Shown here piece after piece: positions 1 to 14,662 of a stretch of 64,000 bases of DNA (its first letter is position 1; each line of letters begins with the position of its first letter). The notes beneath the pieces are model-generated. The model worked only from the letters and a program-made list of their open reading frames with translations, ran no database searches and was not told where the DNA came from. Both the position numbers and the translations under genes were made by a program. The DNA comes from the human T2T-CHM13v2.0 reference genome, Homo sapiens: the NCBI RefSeq assembly GCF_009914755.1, contig NC_060929.1; one strand, written 5' to 3'.

Positions 1-23
1 CCCTGAACAGATCAATAATGAGT

Positions 24-411
24 TGTATTAAATCAAGTTTAGCCTAAAGATGCCTCCTTACATTTTTTAAGTTTGGCCTAAAGGGTTCTCTGTTCATAGT
101 GAATATAACCTAAATGGAGGTGTAAACAGACTGTAATTTACTCTTGTGCCAATCACTGAGTTTTGACCAATCAAAGAGGGCAAATGTTGAAACTGTATTT
201 AAATAAGACAAATGCTGAGCTGTTTCTGTATCTTACTACTGTTTTCTGTATATCATTTTCCTTGTTCTGTCTATAAATCTTCTTCCACCATGTGGCTGCA
301 CTGGCATCTCTCTGAGCCTACTCTGGCTCAGGAGGCTGCCCACTTCATGAATCATTCTTTGCTTAAATAAACTCTGTTAAATTTAATTTGGCTAAGGTTT
401 CTTTTTTAACA
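24..411 (+). mobile_element. Solo LTR, ERV1/MER4 group, MER57-like
   Basis: TG...CA termini (TGTATTAAATCAAGTTTAGCCTAAAG ... TTTTAACA), CCAAT boxes, TATAAA and AATAAA; L1 sequence resumes on both sides. Confidence 0.8.
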
Positions 412-494
412 GTTCCAAAACTGAAGCAGTAATAAAAAGCCTGCCAACCAGAAAAAGCTTAGAACCAGATGGATTCACAGCCAAATTCTACCAG

Positions 495-1583
495 ATGTAT
501 AAAGAAGAGCTGGTATCATTTCTACTGAAACTATTCCAAAAAATTAAGAAGGAAGGACTCCTCCCTAACTCATTGTATGAAGCCAGCATCATCCTGAAAC
601 CAAAACCTGGCAAAGATACAACAAAAAAAGAAAACTTTAGGTCAATAGCTTTGATAAACATAGGTGCAAAACTCCTCAACAAAATACTAGAAAACCAAAT
701 CCAGCAGCACATCAAAAAGCTAATCCACCATGATCAAGTAGACTTTATTCCTGGGATGCAAGGTTGGTTCAACTTATGTAAATCAATAAATGTGATTCAC
801 CACATAAACAGAACTACAAACAAAAAGCACATGATTATCTCAATAGATGTAGAAAAGGCTTTTGATAAAATTCAGCATCACTTCATGTTAAAATCTCTCA
901 ACAAAGTAGGCATTGAAGGAACATACTTCAAAATAATAAGAGCCATTTATGACAAACCCACAGCCAACATTGTACTGAATGGGCAAAAGCTGGGAGCATT
1001 CCCTTTGAAAACCAGAACAAGACAAGGATTTCAACTCTCACCGCTCCTATTCAACACAGTGCTGAAAATTCTAGCCAGAAAAATCAGGCAAGAGAAATAA
1101 AGAAAAGCCATCCAAATAGGAAGAGAGGAAGTCAAACTATCTCTGTTGACAGACAATATGATTTACACCTAGAAAATCCCATAGTCCCTGACCGAAGCTT
1201 CTAGATATGATAAACAACTTCAGCAAAGTTTCAGGATACAAAATCAATGTAAAAAATCAGCAGCATTTCCATACATCAACAATGTCCAAGCTGAGACCCA
1301 AATCAAGAATGTAATCCCATTCATGATAGCCACAAAAAGAATAAAATACCTAAGAATATAGCTAACCAGGTATATGAAAGATCTCTACAATGAGAATTAC
1401 AAAACACTGCTTAAAGAACTCAGAGATGAAACAAACAAATGGAAAAATATCCCATGTTCATGGACAGGAACTATCAATATCACTAAAATGGCCATATTGC
1501 CCGAAGCAATTTACAGATTCAATGCTATTCCTATCAAACTACCAACATCATTCTTCACAAAACTAGAAAAAAAACTATTTTAA
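495..1583 (+). pseudogene. Disrupted L1 ORF2p reverse-transcriptase region
   Basis: Motifs such as [36 protein letters not shown] and TRQG; stop at 1100; the catalytic FADD reads LTDN (TTG ACA GAC AAT near 1146-1157). Confidence 0.9.
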
Positions 1584-4231
1584 AATTCATATGGAACCAA
1601 AAAAGAGCTCCAATAGCCAAGGCAATCCTAAGCAAAAAAAATAATAATAAAGCTGGAGGCATCCCATTACTCAACTTCAAACTATACTAAAACACAACAG
1701 TAAACAAACCAGCATGGTACCAGTACAAAAACAGGCACATAGATCAATGGGACAGAGCCCAGAAATAATACCTCACACCTACCACCAAGTGATCTTTGAT
1801 GAAGTCAACAAAAACAAGCAATAGGGGAAGGACTCCCTATTCAATAAATGATGGTGGGATAACTGATTAGCCATATGTAGAAGATTGATGCCGGACCCCT
1901 TCCTTACATCATATACAAAATTTAACTGATGATAAATCCAAGAGTTAAATATAAAACCTAAAACTGTAAAAACCCTTGAAGATAACCTAGGACATGCCAT
2001 TCTGAACATAGGCCCTGACAAAGGTTTCATGATGGAGATGCCAAAAGCAATTGCAACAAAAACAAGAATTGACAAATGGGATCTAATTAAGAGCTTCCGC
2101 ATACAAAACACACGATCAACAGAGTAAAAGACAACCTACAGAACAGGAGAAAATATTTGCAACCTATGCATCTGACAAAGTTCTAATGTCCAGAGTCTAT
2201 ACGGAACTCAAACAAATTTACAACCAAAAAACAAACGACCCCATCAAAAAGTGGGCAAGGACATAAACAGACATTTTCAAGAGAAGACATACACACAATC
2301 AACAATCATCTGAAAAAATGCTCAATATCACTAATAATTAGACAAATGCAAATCAATACCACAATGAGATACTGTCTCACACCAGTAAAAATGGCTACTA
2401 ATAAAAAGTAAAAAATAACAGATGCTGCCAATGTTGCAGAGAAAAGGGAATGTTTATATACTGCTGGTTGAAATGTAAATTAGTTCAGTCATTGTGAAAA
2501 GCAGTGTGGTGATTTTTCAAAGAACTTATCTTTGAAAAGTTCAAAAGAAGTATCATTTGACCTGGCAATCCCATTATTGGGTATATACCCAAAGGAATAG
2601 AAATCATTCTCCCGTAAAGACACATGCACATGTAAGTTCATTGCAGCACTAGTCACAATAGCAAAGACATGGAATCAACCCAAATGCCCACCAATGGCAG
2701 ACTGGATAAAGAAAAGGTAGTACATATACACCATGGAATACTACATAGCATATTAAGAATAAGATCATGTCCTTTGCAGCAACATGGAGGAAGCTAGAGG
2801 CATTACCCTAAGCAAACTAATGCAGGAAAAGAAAACCACATATTGCATGTTCTCATTTATAAGTGGGAGCTAAACATTCATTACACATGAACACAAAGAA
2901 GGGAACAATAGACACTGCAGCCTACTTAAGGGTGGATGGTGGGAGGAGGGAGAGGATCAAAAAACTACCTAGTGGGTACTACTATTCTTATTACCTGGGT
3001 GATGAAATAATCTGTACACCAAGCCCATGTGACATGCAATTTACCTTATAACAAACTGCACATTTACCCCTGAAGCTAAAATAAAAGCTAATAAATAAAT
3101 AAAATGTTTAGGCTTAAGGGTACATTAATATGATCATAATTTAAATATATGTGCAGAAGAAAGCCAGTGGAAGGAGATACAACAAAGCCTGTGTAGGCAT
3201 TATGGTTTCTTTTTCTTATTTATGCTTTTACTTATTTTATAATTTTCTACACTAATAAATGTTATAAAATCATCACATATTTGTATCTAAGTGGCTTCTT
3301 TAAACCCTACTCACTATTTTTTATTTATAAATACTGAAATTCAAACAAAGTATAAAAATCAAAATAAGTATTTTAAGAGATTTTTAAAATTATATATTTT
3401 ATTTTATTTCTTAGCCAATAAGAGAAGCTGAAAAAAAAAACAGAATTTATCCAGAAAAAGGGGAATGAAAAAGTTTAGCGTTACCAGAGGTTTGCTTTTC
3501 CAGTTCAGATCCCTCTCTTGGGGATCAGCAATGAAGGCAATAGGGCAAGGAATTTCACCTGTGCACAAACGAAATTCTTCTTGCTGTCCCTTGTGGCACT
3601 TCTCCATACCCTGTCTAATGGAATGGCTCTGAAACAACTGAGGCTGCTCCCCAGGCCCAGCAAAGCTCATCCCCTAAATGAGAGCAGGAAGAAATAGCTG
3701 CAGCCCAATCCCTGCACCCACCCATTGGCTCCCACCCAATGCTCCAGCCTCTGCCTAAGCCAGGAGATGCTGGAGGCTCTGCTGAAATTTTTTCATGCGC
3801 TTCTGAGAAGAGGTGATCCTTCACAAATCATGACATCAGCAATATGGTCCTCTCAAAGTGTCTGGCATTTGGATGCCTATCTTCTCTAGTTTCCAATGCT
3901 GATACAGAGATTGAACATAGACATATATGTAACAAAACTATGGAATAGACCCAATAACTGTATTTTATATGCCAGCTATGTCAGGACCTACTGGAGAGTC
4001 AGGTCCCCTATGTTCACTTGCCATTTAGTCTTCAATAAAGCAGTATATGATGATAGTATATTATGAAATATTTCAAATACTTAAAAAGATATGCAGGATA
4101 TTATGATAAACAATAGTATATCAACCACATGGCTTAAGAAACAAATAAGTACATCCCACATGGTCCTACACACCATATAATCCAAATACAATTTATCTTC
4201 CCCTGGCATAATGTTTATATAAAAATTATAT

Positions 4232-4410
4232 ATGGTTAGAACCTGGGGCCAGATGGTATAGGCTTAAGTGTAATCTCTACCACACAATTAAGTAATCTTA
4301 AATAAGTTACCTTACCTTTCCATGCTTCTGTTCATCATCCATATTATGAGCTGATAATAGTGTATACCTCACAAAGATGTATGAATATTATGTGGGTTTA
4401 ATATATGTAA
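4232..4410 (+). mobile_element. MIR SINE fragment
   Basis: Degenerate MIR core (AAGTTACCTTACCTTTCCATGCTTCTGTTCATCATCCAT...GATAATAGTGTATACCTCACAAAGATGT). Confidence 0.6.
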
Positions 4411-5126
4411 TTGTATTTAATTACATATACATGCATTCAGTTACATATATTAACTAGAATTCTACAGTCCTGAAGATCATTTCTTAATTATACTACTTTC
4501 TTAATTAGACTACTATCTTTCTAACTTCTATTCCATTTTTCACATAACCCAGAAATTCACTATTTAAAAATTAAATTATGGGAACAAGGGAAGAACATCT
4601 CTCTCCTCACTTCTATTCAAGATCATACTGGGAGTTCTAGCTGGTGCAATAATACAAGAAAAGAAAATTAAGGGTATATGGGCTGGAAAAGGAAAAATAA
4701 AACTGTAGCTGACATTCTTGTGTATGTAAAAAATTTTAAAGAATCAGCAATTAAAAAATCATAATGCTAATAAGTCGTTATAGCAAGATTGAGGATACAA
4801 GGTTAATTTACAAAAATTTATATACATATGAACAATTGAAATTTGATATTAAAAATAAAAGCCCACTTATAATAACACCCCAAAATGAAATCATATATAT
4901 ATATATATATCTAATATATATATGTAATTTATGTACAGAAAACTCGGATGAAATAAATCAAAGAAGATCAAAATAAGTGGAGAGATAGTCTATGTTCACA
5001 GATTGGAAGAATCAATGTTAATATGCTAATATATTCCAACTTGATCCATAGAGTCATCCTAATCCCAATCAAAATCCCAGCAGGCTATTTTGTAGATATC
5101 AACAAACTTATTCTACAATATATATG

Positions 5127-6052
<926 letters not shown>

Positions 6053-6585
6053 AAAAGAAAACTATATATGGAAATGCCAAAGACAGAATATCCAATACAA
6101 TGCTGAAGAAGAACAAAGCTGGAGAACTGACTGACTTCAAAACTTACTAAAAAACTGCAGCAATCAAGATAGAGTGGGATGAGTGAAAGAACACACACAG
6201 ATGAATTGAATATAACAGAAGGCCCAGAAATAGACCTACACAAAATATTCAATTGAGTTTAACTATGGAGCAAATTTAATTCAACGAAGAAAGGATTGTC
6301 TTTTCAACAAATAGTGCTGGAAAAATTGGGTATACATACATACATACACAAAAATATAGACATAGACCTTATAACTTTTACTAAAACTCATGCAAAATAG
6401 ATTATAAATCCAAATATAAAATGCAATACTACAAAACTTCTAGAAGAAAACATAGGAGAAAAATCTATGAAACCTTGGATTTGGAAATAAGATTTTAGAT
6501 ACAATACCAAAATGTAATCCATAAGAGAAAAATTTGATAAATTAGACTTTATTAAAATTTAAAATATTGGCTTATGAAAAAAACA

Positions 6586-7212
6586 GTTTTGGTGGGAGTA
6601 TAAATTAGTTCAGCCATTATGGAAGACAGTGTGGCTATTCCTCAAAGACTAAAACAAGAAATACCATTCAACCCAGCAATCACATTACTGGGTTTTTACC
6701 CAAAGAAATATAAATTATTCTACCATAAAGACACATGCACATGTATGTTCAATGCAGCACTATTCATAATAGCAATCACATGGAATCAACCTAAATGCCT
6801 ATCAGTGATAGACTGGATAAAGAAAATGTAGTAGATACACACAATGGAATACTATGCAGCCATAAAAAAGAATGAGATCATGTACTTTGTGGGAACACGG
6901 ATGGAGCTGGAAACCATTATCGTTAGCAAACTAACTCAGGGACAGAAAACCAAATACTGCATGTTCTCATTTGTATGTGGGAGCTAAATGATGAGAACAC
7001 ATGGACACATAGACCGGAACAACACACAATAACACCTATTGGAGGGTGAAGGGTGGGAGGAGGGAGAGGATCAGGAAAAACAACTAAGGGGTACTGGCTT
7101 AATACCTGGGTGATGAAATAATCTGTACAACAAATCCCCATGACACAAGTTCACCTATGTAACAACAAACCTGTACTTGTACCCTTGAACTTAAAATAAA
7201 GTTACAAAAAAG
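6586..7212 (+). mobile_element. L1PA (about PA13-15) 3' fragment
   Basis: ORF2 C-terminal motif WNQPKC..DWIKKM followed by 3' UTR and A tail. Confidence 0.85.
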
Positions 7213-7708
7213 AGAACCAAAAGACAAGACAGAATTAAAAAAAAAAAAATTTGCAGGCCTCATATCTTAAAAAGCATCTGTATTTCAAATGTACAAAAAA
7301 CTGAACCGATACCTCACCAAAGAAGATTAGACAAACCAAAGGCAAACAAGCATGTGAAAAGATAATCAGCATCATACATGATTATGAAAATCCAAATTAA
7401 AACATTATGTTACTACTACACACCTATTAGAGTGGCAAGAATCCAAAACATTGACAACACTAAATGCTGGCAAGAATGCAAAGTGAAAGGAACTCTCATT
7501 GATAGCTAGTAGGAATAGAAAATGGTACAGCCACTTTAGAAGACAGTTCGACAGTTCCTCACAAAGCTAAATGTAGTCTCATCATATGATCCAGTGATGC
7601 TCGCAGGTATTCACCCAATTGATTAGAAAACTTATGTCCATACAAGAGCACACATGTGAATGTTTCATAGCAACCTTATTCATAATCACTAAAAAATGGA
7701 AACAACTA

Positions 7709-7799
7709 GTTAGGCATGGTGGCTCATGCCTATAATCCCAACTAAATGGGCAGCTGAGGTGGGAAGATTGCTTGAGCCCAGGAGTTCAAAGCTGCAGTG
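7709..7799 (+). mobile_element. 3'-truncated Alu monomer (FRAM/FAM-like)
   Basis: GGCATGGTGGCTCATGCCTATAATCCC...TTGAGCCCAGGAGTTCAAAGCTGCAGTG, directly joined to L1. Confidence 0.8.
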
Positions 7800-8744
7800 C
7801 AAAATTTTTGGAATCTATCCATCTGACAAAAGTCTAATATACAGAATTTACAAGGAACTTAAACATATTTACAAAAAGACAAACAACCCCATTAAAAAAA
7901 TGGGCAAAGGACATGAACAGACATTTCTCAAAAGAAGACATTAATGCAGCTAACAAACATATGAAAAAAACCTCAACATCACTGATCATTAGAGAATGCA
8001 AATCAAAACCACAGTGAGATACTATCTCATGCCAATCAGAATGGTGGTGATTAAAAAGTCAAGAAACAACAGATGCTGGTGAGTTTGCAGAGAAAAGGGA
8101 ATCCTTTTATACTGTTGGTGGGAATGTAAATTAGTTCAACAGTTGTAGAAGACAGTGTGGTGATTCCTCAAAGACCTAGAAGGAGAAATACCATTTGACC
8201 CAGCAATCCTATTACTGGGTATATACCCAAAGGAATATAGATCATTCTATCATAAATATACATGCATGCATATGTTCATTGCAGCACTATTCACAGTAGC
8301 AAAGACATGGAATCAACCCAAATGCCCATCAATGACAGACTGGATAAAGAAAATGTGGTACATACACACCATGGAATATTATGCAATCATAAAAAGCAAT
8401 GAGATTATGTCCTTTGCAGGGACACAGATGGACCTGGAAGCTGTTATCCTCAGCAAACTAACACAGGAACAGAAAATCAAACACCGCATGTTCTCACTTA
8501 CAAACGGGAGCTGACCGATGAGAACATATGGACACATGGTGGGGAACAACACACACTGGAGCCTGTTGGGGGGTTTGGGGGAGGGAGAGGATCAGGAATA
8601 ATAGCCAATGGATGCTGGGCTTAATACCAAGGTGATGGGTTGATGTGTGCAGCGAATCACCATGGCACATGTTTACCTATGTAACAAACTTGTATATCCT
8701 GCACATGTACCCTGGAACTTAAAATAAAAGTTGATGGAAAAAAA
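7800..8744 (+). mobile_element. L1PA (about PA10-13) 3' fragment
   Basis: ORF 8266-8514 matches the ORF2p C-terminus (MFIAALFTVAKTWNQPKCPS...); 3' UTR and A tail follow. Confidence 0.9.
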
Positions 8745-10557
8745 TGGTGTCTTTTAATAGGTGAGTGGATAAAATAAACTGCACTGCACCCAGAAAATCA
8801 AATCTTATTCAGCACTAAAAATAAATGAACTATCAAGCCACACAAACATGGAGTGACCTTAAATGCCTATTACTAAGTGAAATGAGCCAAACTGCAAATG
8901 CTACATCGTGTATGATTCCAAATACACGACATTCTATAAAAGACAAAAGTATAAGGATGGTAAAATTATCAGTGATTGTCAGGGGACAGGGGGAAAGGAA
9001 GGATAATGGGCGAAGCACAGGGGATTTTTAGGACAGTAAAACTATTCTAAATAATACCGTGATGGCAAATACATGACATTACGCATTTCTAAAGCCCGTA
9101 GAATTTTATAGCGCAAAGAACGAACCTTAGTGAATATGAATTTAAAAGATCATTTTGAGGTTGGGGGATCCCAGGAAGAAATTTAAACCATGACCAGAGA
9201 ATCTAACTGTACTATGAATGTATTAACCACATGGGTAAAAGTGAGAAGAAAAGTTTCCGACTTAAGTGACTTTGGAAATGAGTAAAGTCTATGAAACAAA
9301 AGGCAACAGGAACTGCCCATAAACACTGTACTCTAGTTGATAAAGTTATATCCCAAAAATAAGGGCTACCAATGCTGATACTACTTACATGTACACTGGA
9401 ATTGAACAATTAAATGAATGTCAGATGGTGGAATCCAGGTTTCTCACTGTGGAAGTGAGAATTTATAGACAAACAAGGAGGAGGCTAGAATGATATATGT
9501 GGAAAGGAATTAGAGTTAGAGACATCAGTGTGAACTCATGTTTAGCTTAATATGGAAATAAATGGTAACATACATAAATATTTATAGATACATGTATATA
9601 TGAAGGTTAGCATATGTCCCTATATTCCCTTGCTGTGTCAGCTGTGCAGGTCTAATGAAACAACATCCCAGTAGCAATGAGGACATGTAGCACCCAGATC
9701 TTAGGTTCTAATATCATTCTCCAGTGGAAGAAGCCAGGGCTCCCTGGAGAAATGGCTAATTCTAGTACTGGGGCAGGAAATATACATGATAAGCCTAGAG
9801 TATCTTATAGAGTCAGATAGTAAGGAAGTGCTTAAAGGAAAACCCCATATTAATGGGAGTGTGTCAAAGGCACCCAGGAGCCACTGAAAAAAGTTCCCAA
9901 TGACCAAAAGTTGTTAAAGATTGTGTACACCAAAAGAGTTCTTAATGACCAATTTGAAAAACAAAATAATAAAATATTACTGGACTATAACCCAAAGCAT
10001 ATAATAAATATTCATGAGGCCGAAGAGGTGTAAATAAGTGATTAGTAATTACATACATTTATAAATGGGGAGAAGAGACAGTCTTACGGGTGGAAGAGTT
10101 CCTAATAATTTATGTAGATATTCTTTCCTCAAGAAGGGGGAGCATAAGTTCTACTCCCGAAAGTGTGAGTTGTGCATAGCAACTATCTTCCAAAAACTGC
10201 AGTGTCGAAAGGAAGAAAAAAAGAATAACTGTATAGAGGAGAAACCTGAAAAACACTACCTCAAACAGGTGATCAAGTTCAACATCAACAGCCACAAATC
10301 ATGTTGATAATATGTGCCTTTGATAAAATGAGATTAAAAAATGGCACTTTACTTCTGTGGTCACTCTTCAAATAATCCATAGCCCTACTCTCATCATGAA
10401 AAAAATCATCAAAAAATTCCCAATAAAGGGGTATCCTAAAAAACACCTGACCAGTATTCTCCAAAACTGCCAAGGTCATCAGAGACAACAAAAGGATCAG
10501 AAACTGCCACAGTCAAGAGTAAACTGAGACATGCCAATTAAATCTAACGTGGTATCA

Positions 10558-10896
<339 letters not shown>

Positions 10897-11545
10897 AAAT
10901 CTAACATGGTATCCTGAATGGACTCTTGGACCAGAAAAAGGACACTAGGTATAAATGAAGCAAATCTGAGTAAAGTATGCATTTCAATATAATAGTGCAT
11001 TGGATTGGTTCATTAATTGTAACAAATGTACTCTATTAATGTAAGATGATAAAAATAGGGAAAAATGGGTGTGGGGCATATGGGGACCCTCTGTAATATC
11101 GTCTAAATGATTCTTTAAATCTAAAAACATCCTAAAAAATTAAGGTCTATTAAAAATTTAAGTTAGATAATGAAAATTTCCTTTAAGCCCTTTAATGTTT
11201 CCTATTACTTGCCAGGTAAAATTGAAACTTCATCCTTAGTACTGAGTACCATCTCTTATCTTTCTCCCCTTTCCAACTCACACCTGTTCAACATTTCAGG
11301 GGACTTCTCATGTTTCTGCAAAAAAAAAAAAAAAAAAAAAAGATGCCCTCCCACAATTACCTGCTTTAGAGATATTTCTTCTGCATGACATTCCATTATC
11401 CTAGATCTCTCTCAGAAAATGGCTTATCTTTGAAGATTCAGCTTACTTGCTCCCTCCTTAGACAAGTCTTCTGTCACCCTACTATAATGGATTGATTGGG
11501 AACCTCTTCTCTGTGCAATTTGGCAACTAGAGATTACAATTTAGT

Positions 11546-11707
11546 CCTGCTTCTCAGTGTGGTCCAGGAGCCAACAGCAATAGGCATTACCAGGGAGCTT
11601 GTTAGAAATGCCGAATCTCAACTCATCCCAAACCAAAAGAAACAAAAGTGGCATTTTAACAAGATCTCCAGATTATTTATAGCCATATTACAGTTTAAAA
11701 TGCTTTG
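11546..11707. mobile_element. MER5A-like hAT-Charlie MITE
   Basis: CTTCTCAGTGTGGTCC...GGGAGCTTGTTAGAAATGC...TTTTAACAAGATCTCCAG. Confidence 0.7.
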
Positions 11708-11739
11708 AGTATCTAGAATTTAGCTCTCCTTAAGCCCTT

Positions 11740-11890
11740 AGCACATGGTTCTCTGGTTGTTTTAATTGCCTGTGTCCTTGCCAAGTTATGAAATCACCTG
11801 AGGACAAGGGTTATGTCTCATTTTTTTTCTTTATCTTCAATATGATCACAGTATCTGGAACATTCAGGATAACCAAAATGAATTAATGAC
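11740..11890 (+). mobile_element. L2 3' end fragment
   Basis: CCTGAGGACAAGGGTTATGTCTC...CAGTATCTGGAACAT...AATGAATTAATGA resembles the L2 terminus. Confidence 0.5.
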
Positions 11891-13821
11891 TAGCTGAAGG
11901 ACACATTAAATGAGAGTATGTATTACAAAGCTTTACAGTTTTTATAGGTTAATACCTAACACTATTTTTCCTTGCCAAAATTTGTGAACAACTGAGAGAC
12001 AGTCAAGGGTCAGAAAGATGATGTACAAAACATCAAATTTATTGCCAACAAAGCAGGTTTGGCAGAACATGGCTTTGTTGTGTAGCTAAGCAGCTTTTTA
12101 ATACTTTGCCCAGAATTAGGCAGACAAAAAGCTTACCTGGGGTTTCCCTTTGGGGGTGGGGATCTGCTCTTGGAAAACCTAAGGCATGGAGGAGCAGCCC
12201 TGCCTTGTGCTTTCTGCAGGCAGAATCCAAAGAAAGTAGAAAGAGAAGTGCCTTTCACCCTGCTCAGCTTCATCTGCCAAACTCACAGTCAGCCCGTCAC
12301 CCTTCCTTCTGTGTGACCCTGATGAAGAAATAAATACTCCCTGCACCCAGTGGGAAATTCAGAGGAAAAAAGGAGTGAGGAGGAACAAAAGGATAAAAGA
12401 GAAATACAACACAAGAACTATGATCATGATGATTTTAACATTTCACAGGGCAGATCATGCACCTGACACTGAGAAAGAATACTGAAAGGTGCTTGATTTT
12501 TAGCATGAGGCCCTCCAACCTGCCACACTGTCAATCAAACTAGAACTGCACATGTGGATTCTGAGGGTTTAAAATGCCTCATTCAGCCTACAACCCCAAT
12601 GAGGACACCCAAACTAAAGGGTGTGGTTACAATCACAGTGTTTTATTTACCGCTGCCAGTGGCCTCATTGTTTTCCAACAACTTCTTCCTCTATTGACTA
12701 GAAAATTACATAATATGAAATGTAATGACATCCTTAACCTGTTCAGTAAGTATCAACTCTAAGCAACCAACAGTGATCAGCTAAATTCTGAGGGAGCCAG
12801 GGACGTAAAAAGATCCTTTAATGTAGTCTAATACAAAATACAAGGGCTCAGAGTATTGTTATTTAAAGTATTATTTATTCTTTGCCTTTTATATACCATT
12901 GAATACTACAAAACTTGTTTTTTTCCTGCAAACCTTTGGGTAATTTACATTATAGTATAATATGTATCCTAATAATTTAATATTAATATTATGTATTATA
13001 ATTGCTTAATAATCTCATATGTATTATAATCTTCAATCAGGCAGAATGCCATATTCTATAAGTTCCCAAGTCTTTTTGAAATGCCATTTAACAAATGTGA
13101 TTTAAGGTCCATGTGTGTATTACCCTAAGTGATTAAGATGATGATACTCACTAGTCATACACATTTCAAAAATACACACAGTCAAGTTTATCAACTACCA
13201 TAATTTTGAAAGTTTTGATTGCTGATAGTATTGTCAAGGAGGAACAGAGTCCTCGAGGCCAGTGGCTTTACCCGTAAGCCTGCAACACATCCTAATGCTC
13301 AAGCAGACATGCAAGGCTTGTTTCCCCTGGTCCTTTGGAAAAAGATCTATGTTAGCAACAGAGGATGGGAAACACTTAGCATGCATGGCCATACACCTCT
13401 AGCTAGTGCCCTTGGCAGGCATTACTAATTGATCACAGCAGACTTCTCCCTTGACCTGGATGTTGCTTTCTCGAGTCAGAGCTCAGGGCAGCCACTATTA
13501 ATTGATTGGAGTTTGCATGTGAAATAAAAACTATCTGATATCCCATGGGCTTCTATGAGCTGGAAACTTTCTCTTTCTCCTTCCCCCAACCCCAACCCAA
13601 AACATAGCTGTGTGTAGATGCCTCAGCCTCTGATTTGGTTGTGTGTGATCTTTTTCCAATGTCAGCTCAAGGTTTTGATTCTTTACTGTCAGGTTGCCAG
13701 CATCTACGGAAGTGTGTGGCATATATTTGTTACAAGAATGAAGGAAGAGGTAAAGGTAGGTGATGAAAATTAATGCAGGGATTATAGGAGAAGACCAGGT
13801 CTGGGCAAAGTGGAGGTTTGA

Positions 13822-14662
13822 GCAATCCCACTACTGGCATTCATTTCCAAAGGCCATGAAATCTGTATATCTAAAGGCTATCTGCACTCTCATGTTTATT
13901 GCAGCACTATTCACAATAGCCAAAATATGGAATCAACCTAAGTGCTCATCAATGGATGAATGGATAAAGAACATGTGGCATATGTATACAATGGAATACT
14001 ATTCAGCCATAAAAGAAAATAAAATGTTGTCATTTACAGCAACATGAATGAGCCTAGAGGATATTGTGTTAAGTGAGTAAGTCAAGCACAGAAAGAGAAA
14101 TACCTCACGTTCTTGCTCATATGTGGGAGCTGAAAAGTTGAACTCATAGAAGTAGAGTAGAATTGTGGTTATTAGAGGCTGGAAATGGTAGCAGGGAGAA
14201 AAGGCGAGGTAGATGTTGGTTAACAGATACAAAATTACAGCTACATAGGAGGAATGAATTCAGTAGTTTTGCTGCACTGAAGGGTGGATACACAATAGCT
14301 TACTGTATATTTTCTCCTTTTTGAGATGGGTCTTACTCTGTTGCTAAGGCTGAAGTGCAACAGCTATTCACAAGTGTGATCATAGCTCACTATAGCTGCA
14401 AACTCCCGGGCTTAAGTGTTCCTCCTGTCTCAGCCTCCTGGGTAGCTGGGACTCAGCACGCCACCACACCCAGCTAGTATATTTCAAAAAGTTAGAAGAC
14501 AAGATTTTGAATATTTCCCACATAAATGATAAATATTTGAAATGATAGATATAATTACCCTAATTTGATCATTACACATAGTATACATGTATCAAAATCT
14601 CACTCTGTTGCATAAATATGTACAATGATTATGTATCAACTAAAAGTTAAAGGAAAAAAAAG
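13822..14662 (+). mobile_element. L1MA-type 3' fragment, interrupted by a FAM
   Basis: ORF2 C-terminal peptide (MFIAALFTIAKIWNQPKCSSMDEWIK) and L1MA-type 3' UTR ending TATGTATCAACTAAAAG plus A tail. Confidence 0.85.
14312..14475 (-). mobile_element. FAM (fossil Alu monomer)
   Basis: Monomer retaining the 7SL-derived TGTGAATAGC segment on the minus strand; GTATATTT on both flanks. Confidence 0.8.

Larger units (their letters stand above)
1..3103 (+). mobile_element. LINE-1 3' portion (ORF2 remnant plus 3' UTR, L1PA16-like), starts before the window and is interrupted by an LTR at 24-411
   Basis: ORFs 495-1100 and 1374-1583 translate to L1 ORF2p-like peptides; L1PA15/16-type 3' UTR (GGGAGGAGGGAGAGGATC...TACCTGGGTGATGAAATAATCTGTACA) and A-rich tail near 3078-3103. 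Confidence 0.93.

Noticed and set aside
495-1100. 201-aa ORF with reverse-transcriptase similarity as a functional gene or novel RT system
   Set aside because: It is a fragment of a dead L1 ORF2: premature stop, broken downstream frames, catalytic FADD changed to LTDN, and an LTR inserted upstream
14312-14475. 7SL RNA gene or pseudogene
   Set aside because: Lacks the 7SL S domain; fits a FAM monomer
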